Positions 37,360 to 50,038 of a stretch of 64,000 nucleotides of DNA are shown here, in pieces. Positions within the stretch are counted from its first letter, which is position 1; every line of letters starts with the position of its first letter. Origin of the DNA: Mobula hypostoma (lineage: Eukaryota); NCBI RefSeq assembly GCF_963921235.1, contig NC_086109.1, positions 24,182,001 through 24,246,000 on the forward strand, in the 5' to 3' direction. The position numbers were made by a program, and so were the translations under genes. The notes under the pieces are model-generated. The model was not told the origin of the DNA and searched no databases. It saw only the letters and a list, made by a program, of their open reading frames with translations.

Positions 37360-37532
37360 CTATAGGCATCCGTTAGTCTCATGAGACCATGGATTTGCGC
37401 CTTGGAAGGTTTCCAGGGTGCAGGCCTGGGCAAGGTTGTATGGAAGACCAGCAGTTGCCCATACTGCAAGTCTCCCCTCTCCACACCACCGATTCTGTCC
37501 AAGAGGAGGGCATTAGGACCCATACAGCTTGT
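37360..37532 (-). mobile_element. 3' part of the SINE family at 1211-1422
   Basis: Shared ggaagac..gcagttgcccat..ctgcaagtctcccctctccacaccaccgat. Confidence 0.8.
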
Positions 37533-39199
37533 CCATGGCATTGAAAACATGGAAGCATTCAGGCAGATACAACACTGCTGGATACTTCTGTCCTCAGTAG
37601 GGTTTCTTTGGGGTTAGTGTGTCACATAAATGGAGGAGCCAAAAGGTAAAGTTTCTGACTTTGTGCAGATCCTACATTCTCCCAGCAAAGCATTGCTCCA
37701 CGTGGTCCAGTTTCTAAGCACTGCCAACTGTGGTGAGCACATGCATCGATCCCTTTCTGCATCCGCAAAGCAGATCAGCTGGTTGTTTCCTGTGGAATTT
37801 CTCACCCATCACATGTCAGCCAGTGGAAAATAAAGTTCCACAGCACGGAATAATTGAACACACAGATGGCAAAGTTTCTGCGTCAGCCTTGGCTCGATGG
37901 CTTATACTCATGCGGTCAAATCCACTGCTGTGGGCTTGAGCCTGCTTCGTGATTCTCATCTCACTGGCTGGACTAAGGACGGGTGTTTGGATCTGGGATC
38001 TAGCACGGGGCTGGAATCAGGCATGATGCAAAACTTAAGTCCTGTTTTCCATCAAAAGATCCCAAGGCTTTTTTTTTTGGAAGAGGTCTTCCCATCTACC
38101 CTCACCTAACCCTGTACAAAGATGAACTGCCACTTGTGGGACCTTACTGTCTGTCCAGGATTATCATACATAACAACTCTGCACTTCACAGAAACCGATT
38201 GCATATGAAGTGCCTTGCGGTGTCCCTCAGAAACTTGGTTATGTCCTGTATAAATACAGGGCTTTCTTTTAGTTCTAGCAGATGTAAACATGTGGATTCA
38301 AAAGTGACAGGGTAGCACCGAGAAGCACTTTAAAGAGGCCTTTAATTAATAAACTCAAACACTTTCTCTCAGACGTTCTATCCTTCCCTCTGCATTTTCC
38401 CCCTCTCTAGATTTCTGCCACCATTCCACAGACACCTCATTTATCATGGTAAGTCGAAGTAGTGCTTACGACTGGATGGCAACAGATGGCAACAGATACC
38501 CATCTTGTGAGGGAGGAGGGGGGGTGGGACGGGTGAAGGAGGGAGAGGAGAGGCAGACGAGCCACATTCCTCGGGAGGCCACTGCCGCTGGCTCTGTAGT
38601 CTCCGCAGTAAAACACTTTATCGACATCAAGATTCAGCTGTTGTGTTCTTTGCTAACAGCCCCACTCCCTCTGTCCCCCTTCCCTGTTTCTTTCAAAAAC
38701 ATTCAAAGCTGACTGCAATTTATAGAGGTCGGCAGGAGCTAAGCAAAGATTGTTGGAGGGGGAGGGAGAGGAAGAATGCTTTTTTTCCCTGACACCTAGT
38801 CTGTAAAGAAAATATTGAATAGCGTTCAGGGATTTGCAAGCGACCCCGGGCAGTATGCTAAGAATCTCTGCAAGACACAATTCACTTCAAAGCTTACAAC
38901 AGCCATGCAAGGAATCAGCTCATTTGGCCTGTGTTATAAAGCTGAATATCTTTTCATGTAAAAGTTTATTTTATTGTTTTTTGATCACTTTAAGATTTTC
39001 CTGCACCACTCTGTTCCCCCCTAAATCTCTTTTGAACTTTGAAAAGTTCTGATGCCCCAGGGAATAATTAGACAATTCCATTATCTTTCCAGCATTTTCA
39101 CATGCCAAGGATGGAAGCCCCTGCACTGCACTTCGCTCACTGCTGTTTTCAGTGAGTCAGGGCAGGAAAATCAGAGTAAATTGAAGTTCAGCGGGAACT

Positions 39200-39541
39200 C
39201 AGAACTGGAATAGTATGGGCTCAATCTCTACTCCAAATTGTAAGTAAATAGGGAGCACTGTACCGTTGCAATGGCACCTTTAAAGGACACATCTTTCCAC
39301 TAAGTTTTAAACATTACTGAGTGTTACAGATCTCAGGGCACTATCTGGGGGAAGGAATCCTGACTAATATTTATCCCGCAGCCAACATCACTGAAAAACA
39401 GATGATGCAGCCATACACATATTTGTTACATGTGGGAATATGCGGCATGCAAATTGGCTGTACTTCAAAACTAATTCATTATCCATGAAGTACTTTAAGA
39501 CTCCCTGATGACATAAAAGGTGCAGTAACCATGCAGTTCTT
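39200..39541 (+). mobile_element. Deu-domain SINE remnant
   Basis: aatatttatccc..ccaacatcactgaaaaacagat..gcaaattggctg..aaaggtgc. Confidence 0.7.
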
Positions 39542-39827
39542 CCTGGCTTCTCTGCGTTGGCTTGTCTCAGTTCAGGGCCTTAGTATTAGCTGCTGGGCTG
39601 GAGAACAGAAATTTGTGAAGGGCCGGCATTTTGAAACTGACCTGAGCTGCCCAAAACTTGACACACATGATTGGATCCTGTTGGGCTTGGGATATGTGGC
39701 CAAACTCAAAATAGTTGTAGTACATTCACAGATGAAGAGCTAGCCCTGCCCGATTTAAACTGATCACAAGATCCTATCTTTTTTTTCAAAACCTGACCAG
39801 ACCTGAACCTGACAGAAACACCCAATG

Positions 39828-40240
39828 TGCACTCTATCAGGTACACCTGCTCGTTAATGCTAATATCTAATCAGCCAATCATGTGGCAGTACAAAGGCAT
39901 GCCAACGTCGTCAAGAGGTTCAATTGTTGTTCAGACCAAACATCAGAATGGGTGAGAAATGTGATCTAAGCGACTTTGACCATGGAATGATTGTTGGTGC
40001 CAGAGTGGGTGGTTTGAGTATCTCAGAAACTGCTGATCTCTTGGGATTTTCATTCACAGTCTCTAGAAATAAAATAGAATGTTGCGAAAACAAAAAAAAA
40101 ATCCAGTGAGCAGCAGTTCTGTGGGCACAAATGCCTTGTTAATGAGAGAGGTTGGAAGCCAGACTGGTTCAAGATGATAGGAAGGTGAAAGGAACTCAAC
40201 TATCCACGTGTTACAACAGTGGTGTTCAGAAGAGCATTCA
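39828..40240 (+). mobile_element. Tc1/mariner transposon 5' fragment (transposase N-terminal HTH, decayed)
   Basis: MGEKCDLSDFDHGMIVGARVGGLSISETADLLGFS. Confidence 0.85.
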
Positions 40241-40559
40241 ATTAGCCAGCCTTGACTGCCTCTCCTGCACATGTGCAGGCTTTAACAATATGGAGTCTGG
40301 AAAATGGAAACTGTTGAGCCTGGAAATTGAAATTAAAGCAGAAAATGATGGAATGACTCAATGCGGTGGAAGGTGATAAAGGGACAAAGTTTCAGTTCAT
40401 TTCCTGTCTTAATCCAACACAGTCCTGGAGCTGACCTGATGCTTGTTGACCTTCAGAAAATAGCAAAAACCTTAATGAATACATGCTAACATCACACAGA
40501 GCTCTTCCATGCACATAGGCAGAGGTATTTCTTCAAGTAATTGAGAGGGATTCAAATAT

Positions 40560-41050
40560 CTTCAATCTATCCCCACTGCAGTTAATATCTATGCCAAGGG
40601 ACTGGAGGAGTCTATTATCTATGGAAGCTCTAATCTGAGATGATGGTGTGCTTCGGCCTGGCAACACAGCACAGTCACTGACCTTTGTGCTCACCATTGT
40701 CAACATTTCCTCACTCCCGCCTCCTTAACATCGCCCATCTCCAAACCGGCCTCAGCTCATCTGCACATGTTGGAAGCTTCACCCCGCCTCCTTAACATCG
40801 CCCATCTCCAAACCGGCCTCAGCTCATCTGCACATGTTGGAAGCTTCACCCCGCCTTTCTCACCTCCACACTCAACATTCCAAAGCACTCCCGACCAGGC
40901 ACACATCCTCCAGTCTTCACGAGCTCATCTAAATCATGCCGTGTTCTCTCTCACTCATTGCCAAGCAATGTTATCCTCAATGATCTTCATTGGATCACAG
41001 TTCCTCAGTCCCTCCAATTCTCCCCCTTGTGTTGAGTCCCCATTCTTTCT
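40560..41050 (+). mobile_element. Ancient L2 LINE ORF2 3' remnant
   Basis: C-rich, LLNIAHL..LSSSA..-like reading typical of the L2 RT C-terminus; further weak remnants near 17760-18000 and 60100-60400. Confidence 0.55.
40716..40856 (+). repeat. Perfect 67-bp tandem duplication
   Basis: Units start at 40716 and 40783, with 7 bp of a third at 40850. Confidence 0.95.
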
Positions 41051-41159
41051 ATCCCTTAACTTCCCTCCGCTGCTCTAATATCCTTACCTTGTATAGAATT
41101 TTCTGTGTCTGCCCCTCAAGTCCACCCATCTTTTTCCCACCATTGGAGTTGATGCCTTA

Positions 41160-41390
41160 TGACCGTACAATAAGACCAGATATAGGAGCAATTAGGCCAT
41201 TCAGCCTATCTAGTCTGCTCCGCCATTCCATCATGGCTGATCTATTATTCCTCTCAACCCCATTCTCCTGCCATTCCCCCAATATCCTTTGACACCCTCA
41301 CTAATCAAGAACCTATCAACCTTCTCTTCAAATATACACTATGACTTGGCCTCCATAGCCGTCTGTGGCAATGAATTCCGTAGATTCACC
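41160..41390 (-). mobile_element. CR1 3' end fragment
   Basis: Similar to 9996-10215. Confidence 0.85.
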
Positions 41391-42435
41391 CAGCCATATA
41401 CACAGCGATCGTCCGTCCTTGAGGTGCTCAACTGAGACTTTACAGAAACCTACGACCTTACGTGAAGCTTTAGTACATCCTCTACCTTATCTTCTCTTTG
41501 GGATCAGTATTCATTGTTCTCCCCTTGAGTTTCAGTCCAGCATCACGGAGACATTTGTCACTGTGAGTGTAAGGTGCTTCTCGCTCCTGCAGCAAGCAGG
41601 GCATGCCGTCACTGAGGCACTGCATTGTTGTGGGGGTGTGGGGGGGGGGGAAGGGTGGGGTGCCTACATAAAACACAGTAGCCCTGACAACTGAGAATGG
41701 CTTTGATTAAACTGTAATGGCAGGACAACAACGGCTGCTCCACAGGCAGCAGTAAGCGAAAAAACAACAAGAATCAGATCTGACAGGAGCCTCTTCAAAG
41801 GACCAGCCACTCACACTGCTTTTGTTCAAAGTTTCAATCAGTTCTCAAATATCTCTGGGTGCTGTCCTCAATTGCAGCATAAAGTCAGATATCTAGGCAC
41901 ACAAGACATCTTAACAAGCCAGTTAATATAAACTGTGTCTGACAGAGGCTCTTTAATAATGTACACGTACACACAGACTGTTTATCTGACCTGACTATAG
42001 ATCCAAGTACACTCGCTGTCTCCTCACTACTTGGGATATTTGATGTCTTACATGATTTTGAATCATCCATCAAAGAGCTACATGTCATACTTCTCAAAGG
42101 CATCAAATGATTTGTTACTTGCTTTTTTTTTTAAAGCCTACACATTCCTTTAATGGCTCAATCTTTTTAAAAAAAAAACAACCTACATGGAAAAATAACC
42201 CAGACAGCTCAGGATGGCTTGCAGCAAGGCAGCTTGATGGGTAATGGGTCTTACTTAACAGGCAGACCTCTGGACCCAGTAACCCTTCAAAATCCTGCCG
42301 AATGGGCATCTCTCCAGACACAAATCAAGATGTGGAGTCTGGATTGCCGTCAGGAATGGGGGGCGGGGGGGGGGTGTCAAGGCTGCATGTTCCCCCTTGA
42401 AAGCCTGGGGATCGACTGACTACAAAGGGAACCTT

Positions 42436-43075
42436 GTATGGCGCGTGTAGTGCAACAGTTAGTGCAATCACATCAGAGCACCAGAAATCAGCGATCGGGG
42501 TTCAATTCCCACCATTGTCTGTCCGTTTGTACATTCTCCCCATGACCACTTGGGATTCTTCCAGGCATTACTGTTCCCTTACACATCACAGCGGCATACA
42601 GTTAGGAGGGCTCACGTGTTGTGGGCATGCTATGTTGGCACCGGCAACGTGGCAACATTTGCAGGCTGCCCCCAGCATACCCTCAGAATGTATTGGTCAT
42701 TGAGGTAAAACGACACATTTCAGTGTCTGTTTCTGTGTTTTGATGTACACGTGACAAATAAAGCTGGTTTTCTTCGGGTGGTGCAGTAGCGTAGCAGTTA
42801 CTGTAAAGCTTTATAGCACCAGCTCTGCGATGGGTGTTCGATTCCCACCGCTGCCTCTAAGGATGTCTGTTCTTCCCGTGACTGTAGAGGTTTCGACCAG
42901 CTGATCTAGCATCCATCCACATTCTAACGACCATACACTTCGGGTTAGTGAGTTGTGGGCATACAATGTTGGCTCCAGAAACATGGCAACACTTGCGCAA
43001 TCTTCGCGGATTTGATTTGATGCAAACAACACATTTCACTGTGTTTTGGTGTACCTGTGACAAAAAAAGCTAATC
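42436..43075 (+). mobile_element. Two head-to-tail V-SINEs with Rex-type tails (42436-42770, 42775-43075)
   Basis: Each has B box (ggggttcaattcc / gtgttcgattcc), V-domain and a gtgacaaa(t/a)aaagct end. Confidence 0.8.
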
Positions 43076-44849
43076 TCCTTGCTTGCGCAGCGGTAGGGTA
43101 CGCTCAAGTGTGGTTCCAGATTGTTGCTAGTTCTACTGACACAATAACAAAAGTCGTTGACCTATAGAAGAACTCTAGATGTGTATAAAATAAGAGAAAA
43201 ATTATGACGTTGAGGGAAACCATTCTACTTGTTAGGTTTGTACAGTTGAAAAAGAACTATAAACTTAGACCCAATTTCCAACATTGGATCTGTAGCTGTG
43301 CAAAGTAACAAGTCTTCAAAAACACAACCATGTACTGTTTAAATGCAATGGTGGTTTCAGGCAATGAGCTTCAGACCCTTACCACCTCTGGGCAAAGACT
43401 ATTTTCCTCATCTTCCCTTTAATCCTTAGCACCAACAAAGAAAAGGGCTTGCCCTTTTCCAATTTTTTCCCTGTCATCGCATGTGAGAGAGGAAATAAGA
43501 CCTGCTTTCATAGGTGCCTCCCAAGAAACTTGCTAGATTTTGATGGTTTTACAATTTAGCTATGCTGCATTTATGTGTTTTGAAAATGTCACTTTCATTA
43601 ATGCAATGTTCTAACTCAGTTAACTGTGGGCAATCTAACAAAATACAAAGTGCCAATAGATGGATTACTAATGAACTTTTTGGAAGAGGAAAAGTTTATT
43701 AGGCCCAACAAGTCAGTTCCTGTTTGATAAATAAGCAGCCTTCTGCCCGTTTCCTTTAATCTCACCAACCCATTTCCTCATGATACTCCTAAATCCTATG
43801 CAACCATTCAGGAAAGAAAGACACATATTCATAAAGCACTTCTAAGTGCTCAGAACATCACAGTAGTCTTTACAGCTAATTAATTGCTCTTGTAAGAACT
43901 CTTCCAATCTAGGAGAACCTGAACAAACAGTAACAAACACAACAAAATCAACCTTTTTTTAAAATGATACCACATACAACATAGGCTGATGTGAACTTTT
44001 GCATGTGCTTGAGAGGGCAGCTGGCTCATAATTTAGTCTCCCACCAATACAGAGCAGCGTCAATTATACAGCACTCATCCAGAACTGTAATAGATTATAG
44101 CCTAGGTCTCAGTTTAGATTTCGGTGCTCCGGTTTCTAGATTTTTGTACTTACATTTTTTTTTAACTCAAGAAGTAATAATCCCACTAATTCAAGATTCA
44201 ACATTGCTTATTATCATTTTTCAGTACACAAGTGTAAGGGAGCACAAAATATTGTTACTCTAGATCCAATGAAACATTAAAAAATATAATAAACAAATGA
44301 GCAGAAAAAATTTAAAAGCAATCCTGCAAAACACAATGTACAAATTACTGCTATATACATAGTCTAATTGTATGTAGATAAAGTGATGTGAGGTGATGTG
44401 TATGTAGTGGTATGGGATGGGTTAATGGGTGGGCGGCTTGCGGGAAATAGCTGGTTTTGTGTCGGATGCTGTATAGCCCCTTCCTTGATGGGAATGGGAT
44501 AGCAGCTCATAAACAGGGTGGGTGGGATCCTTCATGATATTGCTAGGCTTTTTTCCCTGGCAGCTTTCTGTATATATGTCCTTGCTGGCGGGTAGGTTGG
44601 TGCCGGTGATGCCATGGTTAAAACATATTCACTCTTACTCCCAAATGCCCACCTGGAGATGTCTCCAGTTTGGTTGTCTACAGCTGATAATTGGAATTTT
44701 CAGCACAGGGACTTTTGCAAGTACAAGCTGAAAGGGAATCCCGAGGATGCATAGGCTAGAGGCTCCTGTCTGTAGGTTCAATGAGACCAGAAATGACTGG
44801 AAGGCTTTGGTAGATAATGCTTCACACCCCTGACCTGACTATTGTCTGT

Positions 44850-45080
44850 GACTAAAAACAGAAAATGCTTAAATTACTCAGAAGTTCAGGCTGCATTAAT
44901 GGAAAGAGAAACAGTCAATGTTTTTGGTTCCATATCTTTGATAGAACTCTAAAATAAATCTGATAGAGTTGTGCATCTGAAATGCTAACTGTTTCTCTTT
45001 CCACATATGCTGCCTGTCCTGCTGAGTGTTTATACCATTTTATATATTTATCTCAGATTTCCAGCATCTGCAGGTTATTT
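44850..45080. mobile_element. Old palindromic Penelope-derived element
   Basis: ggaaagagaaacagtcaatg versus actgtttctctttcc; similar copy at 46675-46865. Confidence 0.65.
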
Positions 45081-47225
45081 TTCTATTATTTGTTACTGTG
45101 CATTAAAACAGGCCTCTCAAAAATAAATAATAGTTCAAACTTCTGCAGAACTGTTAATATTCTTAGGCCTTCCCTATTTTTTTTAACTATGAAGTAAATC
45201 TACTGTGAATTGCCCCTTCTTTGTTTTATTGGCAAAACCCAGAGACAATTTGTTCACATCAAGCTCCTAGCAGCTACAAGTGAGACACAATACCATGTCA
45301 TGTTTCTGGTGACATCAGATGAAGATTCGATCTGGTCTCATCAACAAGAGTACTAGACTATGCATCTTTTTATAGTGTCACTTCTGCACCAGTTTACCAT
45401 GCCACTGAACCCTCTAAAACGTGTGCTGGCCTCTTATTTTTGACATTAAACCTGTAACACAGTTCCAACATTTTCTACCTTCATTCTTCAACAATCAATC
45501 CTTTTCTGAACAGTGCCTTTAGAATGAACCCATTCATGAGGGAGCTTTTCAATACGGCTAGACTAAAATCTACTAACCAAATGATAGCATTAACCTAAGC
45601 AAATTGAAGGTGAAATTTGAAGGTGAAAATTAAAATAAAACAGACCTAATTGTCCATCCACTAACTAGTAACAGATCTGCAGCACATGTTGGCCTGTCTA
45701 GACCACACAGCCTGGCACCCAGCAAGAATCTCAGTTCGCTTGGTTACTGGCTTTGAGCCCAATAGTTTCATAAAAGAAACAGAGGTTATACTCTGGCTGT
45801 CTGTGAAATAAAAAGAAGGCAGACACGTGGGCTGAAGTGAAAGGCCGTGCACTCGACCGGGGTTACTGTGTTAATTCAAATGGTATTTTGGCACTCGGAG
45901 AAGTACTGGCATGAATTAGACCCTGGACAAAGATGAAAATGGCACTGAAAATGCTAAAAGACATCACTTGCATTTACATGGTGCCTTTTTCAGCCTCAGG
46001 ACTTCCCAAAGGCATTCATATTTTGAAGTGCTGTCACAGTTGTGACATACTGAAAAGCTATAGCCAGTTGTACATAGCAAAATCCTAGCAGAAAGCAATG
46101 GAATAACTGCCAGTTAATGTTTTTGGTCCGATGGCTTGAGGGCAGTTAGTCAGAGAACCTTAATGAACCTTCCCTGATGACTAGAACACCAGGAGGAGCC
46201 ACAAGACCTTTCTGAAAGGCCTCAAAAATGAAAAGAAAGTAAAACATGAAAGGAAGGTGGACTAGGATTTATCCACATGAAGAAAGAGTTCTTCTTTGAA
46301 GTAAATGATTCTCTCTGAGTGGAATGGCTGATGCGATGGTTTAGATGGAAAATTGCCCTTTTACCTCAAAAATTTCTTTCACTTCCAATTTGGTGGCATG
46401 GATGAGAGGGCAATGAATTTGATGGCTGTTCTGGTTCAGGAATAAAATACACAATCTTTTCAGTTTCTGCTGGGTGTGAGTCTACAGAAGATAAATTAGA
46501 GTGAATTCTGTAAACATGGGGGAAGGGTTGCTGCCTATCAAATACATTGTGCCATACAAGCCCTATTCTTTGTGTATTAATAGATGAAAAAAATCTGGAA
46601 TATGACCCTGGAACAAGTGGTATGAGCTCAGCTCCATGATAGACTTCAAGCATCAAGATTAGCACCAACGACACTAACAGAGAATCTTGGAAATACTCAG
46701 CAGATTTTCAGCATCCCAGGAGAGAAAATTTTCAGGCCAATGACCTACTGTCAGAACAGCTGAATCTCCTCCCTTGTCCAGAGATGACTCCAGGCCTGAT
46801 GAAAAAATTCCAGCTTTTATTTTTGCTTTTATTTCAGATTTACAGCGCCTGCAGTTTTTGCTTTTGGATTTGTGGCAGTGATGGAATGAGGAACTAAAGT
46901 ATCATTTTTTAAAATTAAGACTGATACTAAAGATCTCCCGGCACTATGTGAAGAAGGCCTGGGGAGATTCCCTCTGCAAGATTCTTTACTGAGTTGTTAA
47001 ATCTCAATGAAAAGTATTGAGGACATTTCAAAACCATAGCAACTGAACTAAAAAGTACTTTGGGATTGGGGAAGGCCTGGGGAGGAAAGAGGTATGACTC
47101 CGGCCCTTTGGCCTATTATGCCCATGCTGCCCTTTTTAACCATCTATAATAATCCCATTTGCTAGCATTAGGTCCATATCTTTCTTTACCTTGTCTATTT
47201 AGGTGCCTGCCTAAATGCCTCTTAT

Positions 47226-47878
47226 ATGAGCGTGGCCTCTCCGGTGAAATGATATTGCATTTGTTAAATAGGGGGCCGTGCACAATCCTGATTTGATGGA
47301 GACAGACGTAAGAAGCACGGAGGAACACCTGGAGAAACTTCTGAAATGCCCGGTTCGCTGCCACTGCTACTGTGCGATGGATAATCTCCAGAGGGTAGGC
47401 CCCAATCCTCGGCTTTGCCTGTTGCTGGCGGCTGGGGCCGGGGTCGAAGCGCTCAGCAGAGATGGTGCTCAGTGCTTGGTGTCGGAGGGGTAGCCGGAGG
47501 CTCGAAGTTTTTGGATGACTTAGAGTCGGACTGTGGTCGGGTGCTTCCGGGATGCTGCATCGGCAAGTTTGCGGCGCTGGAAGGCTCATGGCAGGAAGAG
47601 TTTTCTTCCTTCCCCAGTCTGCGTGAGATCATGAGACCTTCGAGAGACTTTGAATTTTTTTTACTGTGCCCATGGCCTGTTATTCATCAAGTTATGGTAT
47701 TGCTTGAACTCTTGTAATTATATGTTATATTTTTGTGGTTTTTGTCAGTTTTTCAGTCTTGATCTGTCTTGTGTTTCTGTGATATCACACCGGAGGAACA
47801 TTGTATCATTCCTTAATGCATGCATTACTAAATGACAATAAAAGAGGACTGCGTGTCCTCATAATCTAATCTAATCTA
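47226..47878 (+). mobile_element. GC/CpG-rich non-autonomous retroelement with (AATCT)n tail
   Basis: Interrupts CR1; ends aaatgacaataaaa-gaggac-tgcgt-gtcctc-(aatct)3; no credible ORF. Confidence 0.7.
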
Positions 47879-48069
47879 ATGTAACGATTGATTAAGATTC
47901 CACCAACTTTTCCAGCTGTAAGTTCCAGATATCAACCACTCTCTATAAAAACTTTCCTATCCAATAGTCTTTAAAACTCCTCCTCATCTTAAACCTATGA
48001 CCTCTTTTTTTGGGATAAGAATTCTGACTGTCTACTCTACCCCTGGTCCTTATAGTTTTATATATCTCA

Positions 48070-48294
48070 TTTTTAAAATCTTTTTATTGATATATAATCT
48101 TCTTCAGCTATAAAAAGATACCAGACTTCAACAAATTGCTATATATACAGTTAATAAAGCTGAAAAAAAACTTATCAAAAAATAATATGATAATGAAAAA
48201 AAATATTTTTATAAAAAAGGAAAAAAGAGAACCCCAACTAACTAAAAGAAAAAAAAACTATCTACAAGAGAAAAAAAAAGAAAAAAAAAGAAAA
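48070..48294 (-). mobile_element. 5'-truncated L1/Tx1-like 3' UTR insertion with 16-bp TSD
   Basis: Minus strand is T-rich and ends AATAAA..aaaaa; perfect TSD agttttatatatctca at 48054-48069 and 48295-48310. Confidence 0.75.
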
Positions 48295-48392
48295 AGTTTT
48301 ATATATCTCAATCGGGTTGCCATTCCGCCACCCACCTTCACTTCAAGAAAAATAAACCCAGCCTATTCAATCTCTCCCCACTCCTGAAGTTC

Positions 48393-49110
48393 GACGGAGG
48401 ATGAGAGGTGACCTGATAGAGGTGTATAAGATGATGAGAGGCATTGATCGTGTGGAAAGTCAGAGGCTTTTTCCCCAGGGCTGAAATGACTAGCACGAGA
48501 GGGTACAGTTTTAAGGTGCTTGGAAGTGGGTACAGAGAAGCTATCAAGGATAAGTTTTTTTTAATGCAGAGAGAGGTGAGTGTATAGAATGGGCTGCCAA
48601 TAACGGTGGTGGAGGCAGATATGATAAGGTCTTTTAAGAGACTCCTGGACAGGTATATGGACCTCAGAACATTAGAGGGCTATGGGTAAGCCTAGGTAAT
48701 TTCTCAGGTAAGGACATGTTTGGCACAGCTTTGCGGGCTGAAGGGCCTGTATTGTGCTGTAGCTTTTCTATGTTTCTATGTTTCCCGATGTTGGGGAAGT
48801 CCAGAACGAGGGGTCACAGTTTAAGGATAAAGGGGAAGTCTTTTAGGACCGAGATTAGGAAAAGCTCCTTCACACAGAGAGTGCTGAATCTGTGGAATTC
48901 TTTGCCACAGGAAACAGTTGAGGCCAGTTTATTGGCTATATTTAAGAGGGATTTAGATATGGCCCTTGTAGCTAAAGGGATCGGGGGTATGGAGAGAAGG
49001 CAGGTACAGGGTTCTGAGTTGGATGATCAGCCATGATCATACTGAATGGCGGTACAGCGTCGAAGGGCCGAATGGCCTATTCCTGCACCTATTTTCTATG
49101 TTTCTATGTT
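48393..49110 (+). mobile_element. Two tandem CR1 3' fragments (48393-48782, 48784-49110)
   Basis: Each ends in (ttctatgt)2; different subfamilies. Confidence 0.85.
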
Positions 49111-49164
49111 TTTCCAATCCAGGCACATCCTGATGAATCTCCTTGGCACTCCAGCAAAACCACA

Positions 49165-49860
49165 TTCAAAGTTCAAAGTAAATTTATTATGAAAGTACAT
49201 ATATATAACTGTATACAACCCTGAGATTTATTTTCTTGTTGGTATACTCAACAAATCTATAGAATAATGACTATATCAGAATCAATGAAAACCCACCCAA
49301 TAAGGCGTTCAACCAGAGTGAAGAAGACAACAAACTGTGCAAAGGCAAAAAGATGAAATAATAATAATAATTAAATAAGCAATAGAGAATGAGTTGAAAA
49401 GTCCTTGAAAGTGAGTCCATTTGTTGTGGAAACATTTCAATGATGGGACAAGTTAAGATGAGTAAAGTTATCCCATTTGGTTCAAGAGCCTGATGGTTGA
49501 GGGGTGGTAAATATTCCTGAATCTGGTGATGTTCCTGAATCCCGAGGCTCTTGTATCTCAACGAGAGAGTATGTCCTGGGTGATGGGGGTCTCTGGTGAT
49601 GGATGCTGCTTTCCTGCAACAGTGTTTCATGTAGTTGTGCTCAATAGGTGGGAGGGCTTTACCCATGATGGACTCAGCCATATCCACTAATTTTTGTAGG
49701 ATTTTACACTCGTGCATTGGTGTTTCCATCCTAGGCTATGATGCAGCCAGTTAATATACTCTCCGCTACACATCTACAGAAGTTTGTCAAAGTTTTAGAT
49801 GTCGTGCCAAATCTCCACAAACTCCTGAGGAAGTAGATGCTCTGCCATACTTTCTTGCAC
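49165..49860 (-). mobile_element. Rex1/Babar 3' fragment
   Basis: LQKLVDMAESIMG..KAASITRDPHHPGH C-terminal motif plus 3' UTR. Confidence 0.85.
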
Positions 49861-49943
49861 AGTCTTCCTATAATGTGATCCGAACCGCCAGAATAATCTT
49901 AGTGTGGTCTAACGAGTCTTGTAAAGTTGCAACTTTACAAAAG

Positions 49944-50038
49944 TTGATGAAGGGTCTCAGTCCAAAATGTCGACTCATTATTCTTTTCCATAGATGTTGC
50001 CTGACCTGCTGAATTCCACCAGCATTTTGTGTGTGTTC
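49944..50038 (+). mobile_element. Penelope terminal-repeat fragment
   Basis: tgatgaagggtctcagtccaaaatgtcgact.. degenerate hammerhead plus arm. Confidence 0.75.

Noticed and set aside
45661..45820. Strong minus-strand splice acceptor (ctttttatttcacag)
   Set aside because: No good donor and no recognisable peptide downstream
47116..47717. Overlapping 100-157 aa ORFs
   Set aside because: Expected in a GC-rich insert; one crosses the element boundary
48136..48387. Lys-rich ORF
   Set aside because: Translation of the A-rich antisense strand of a retroposed 3' UTR
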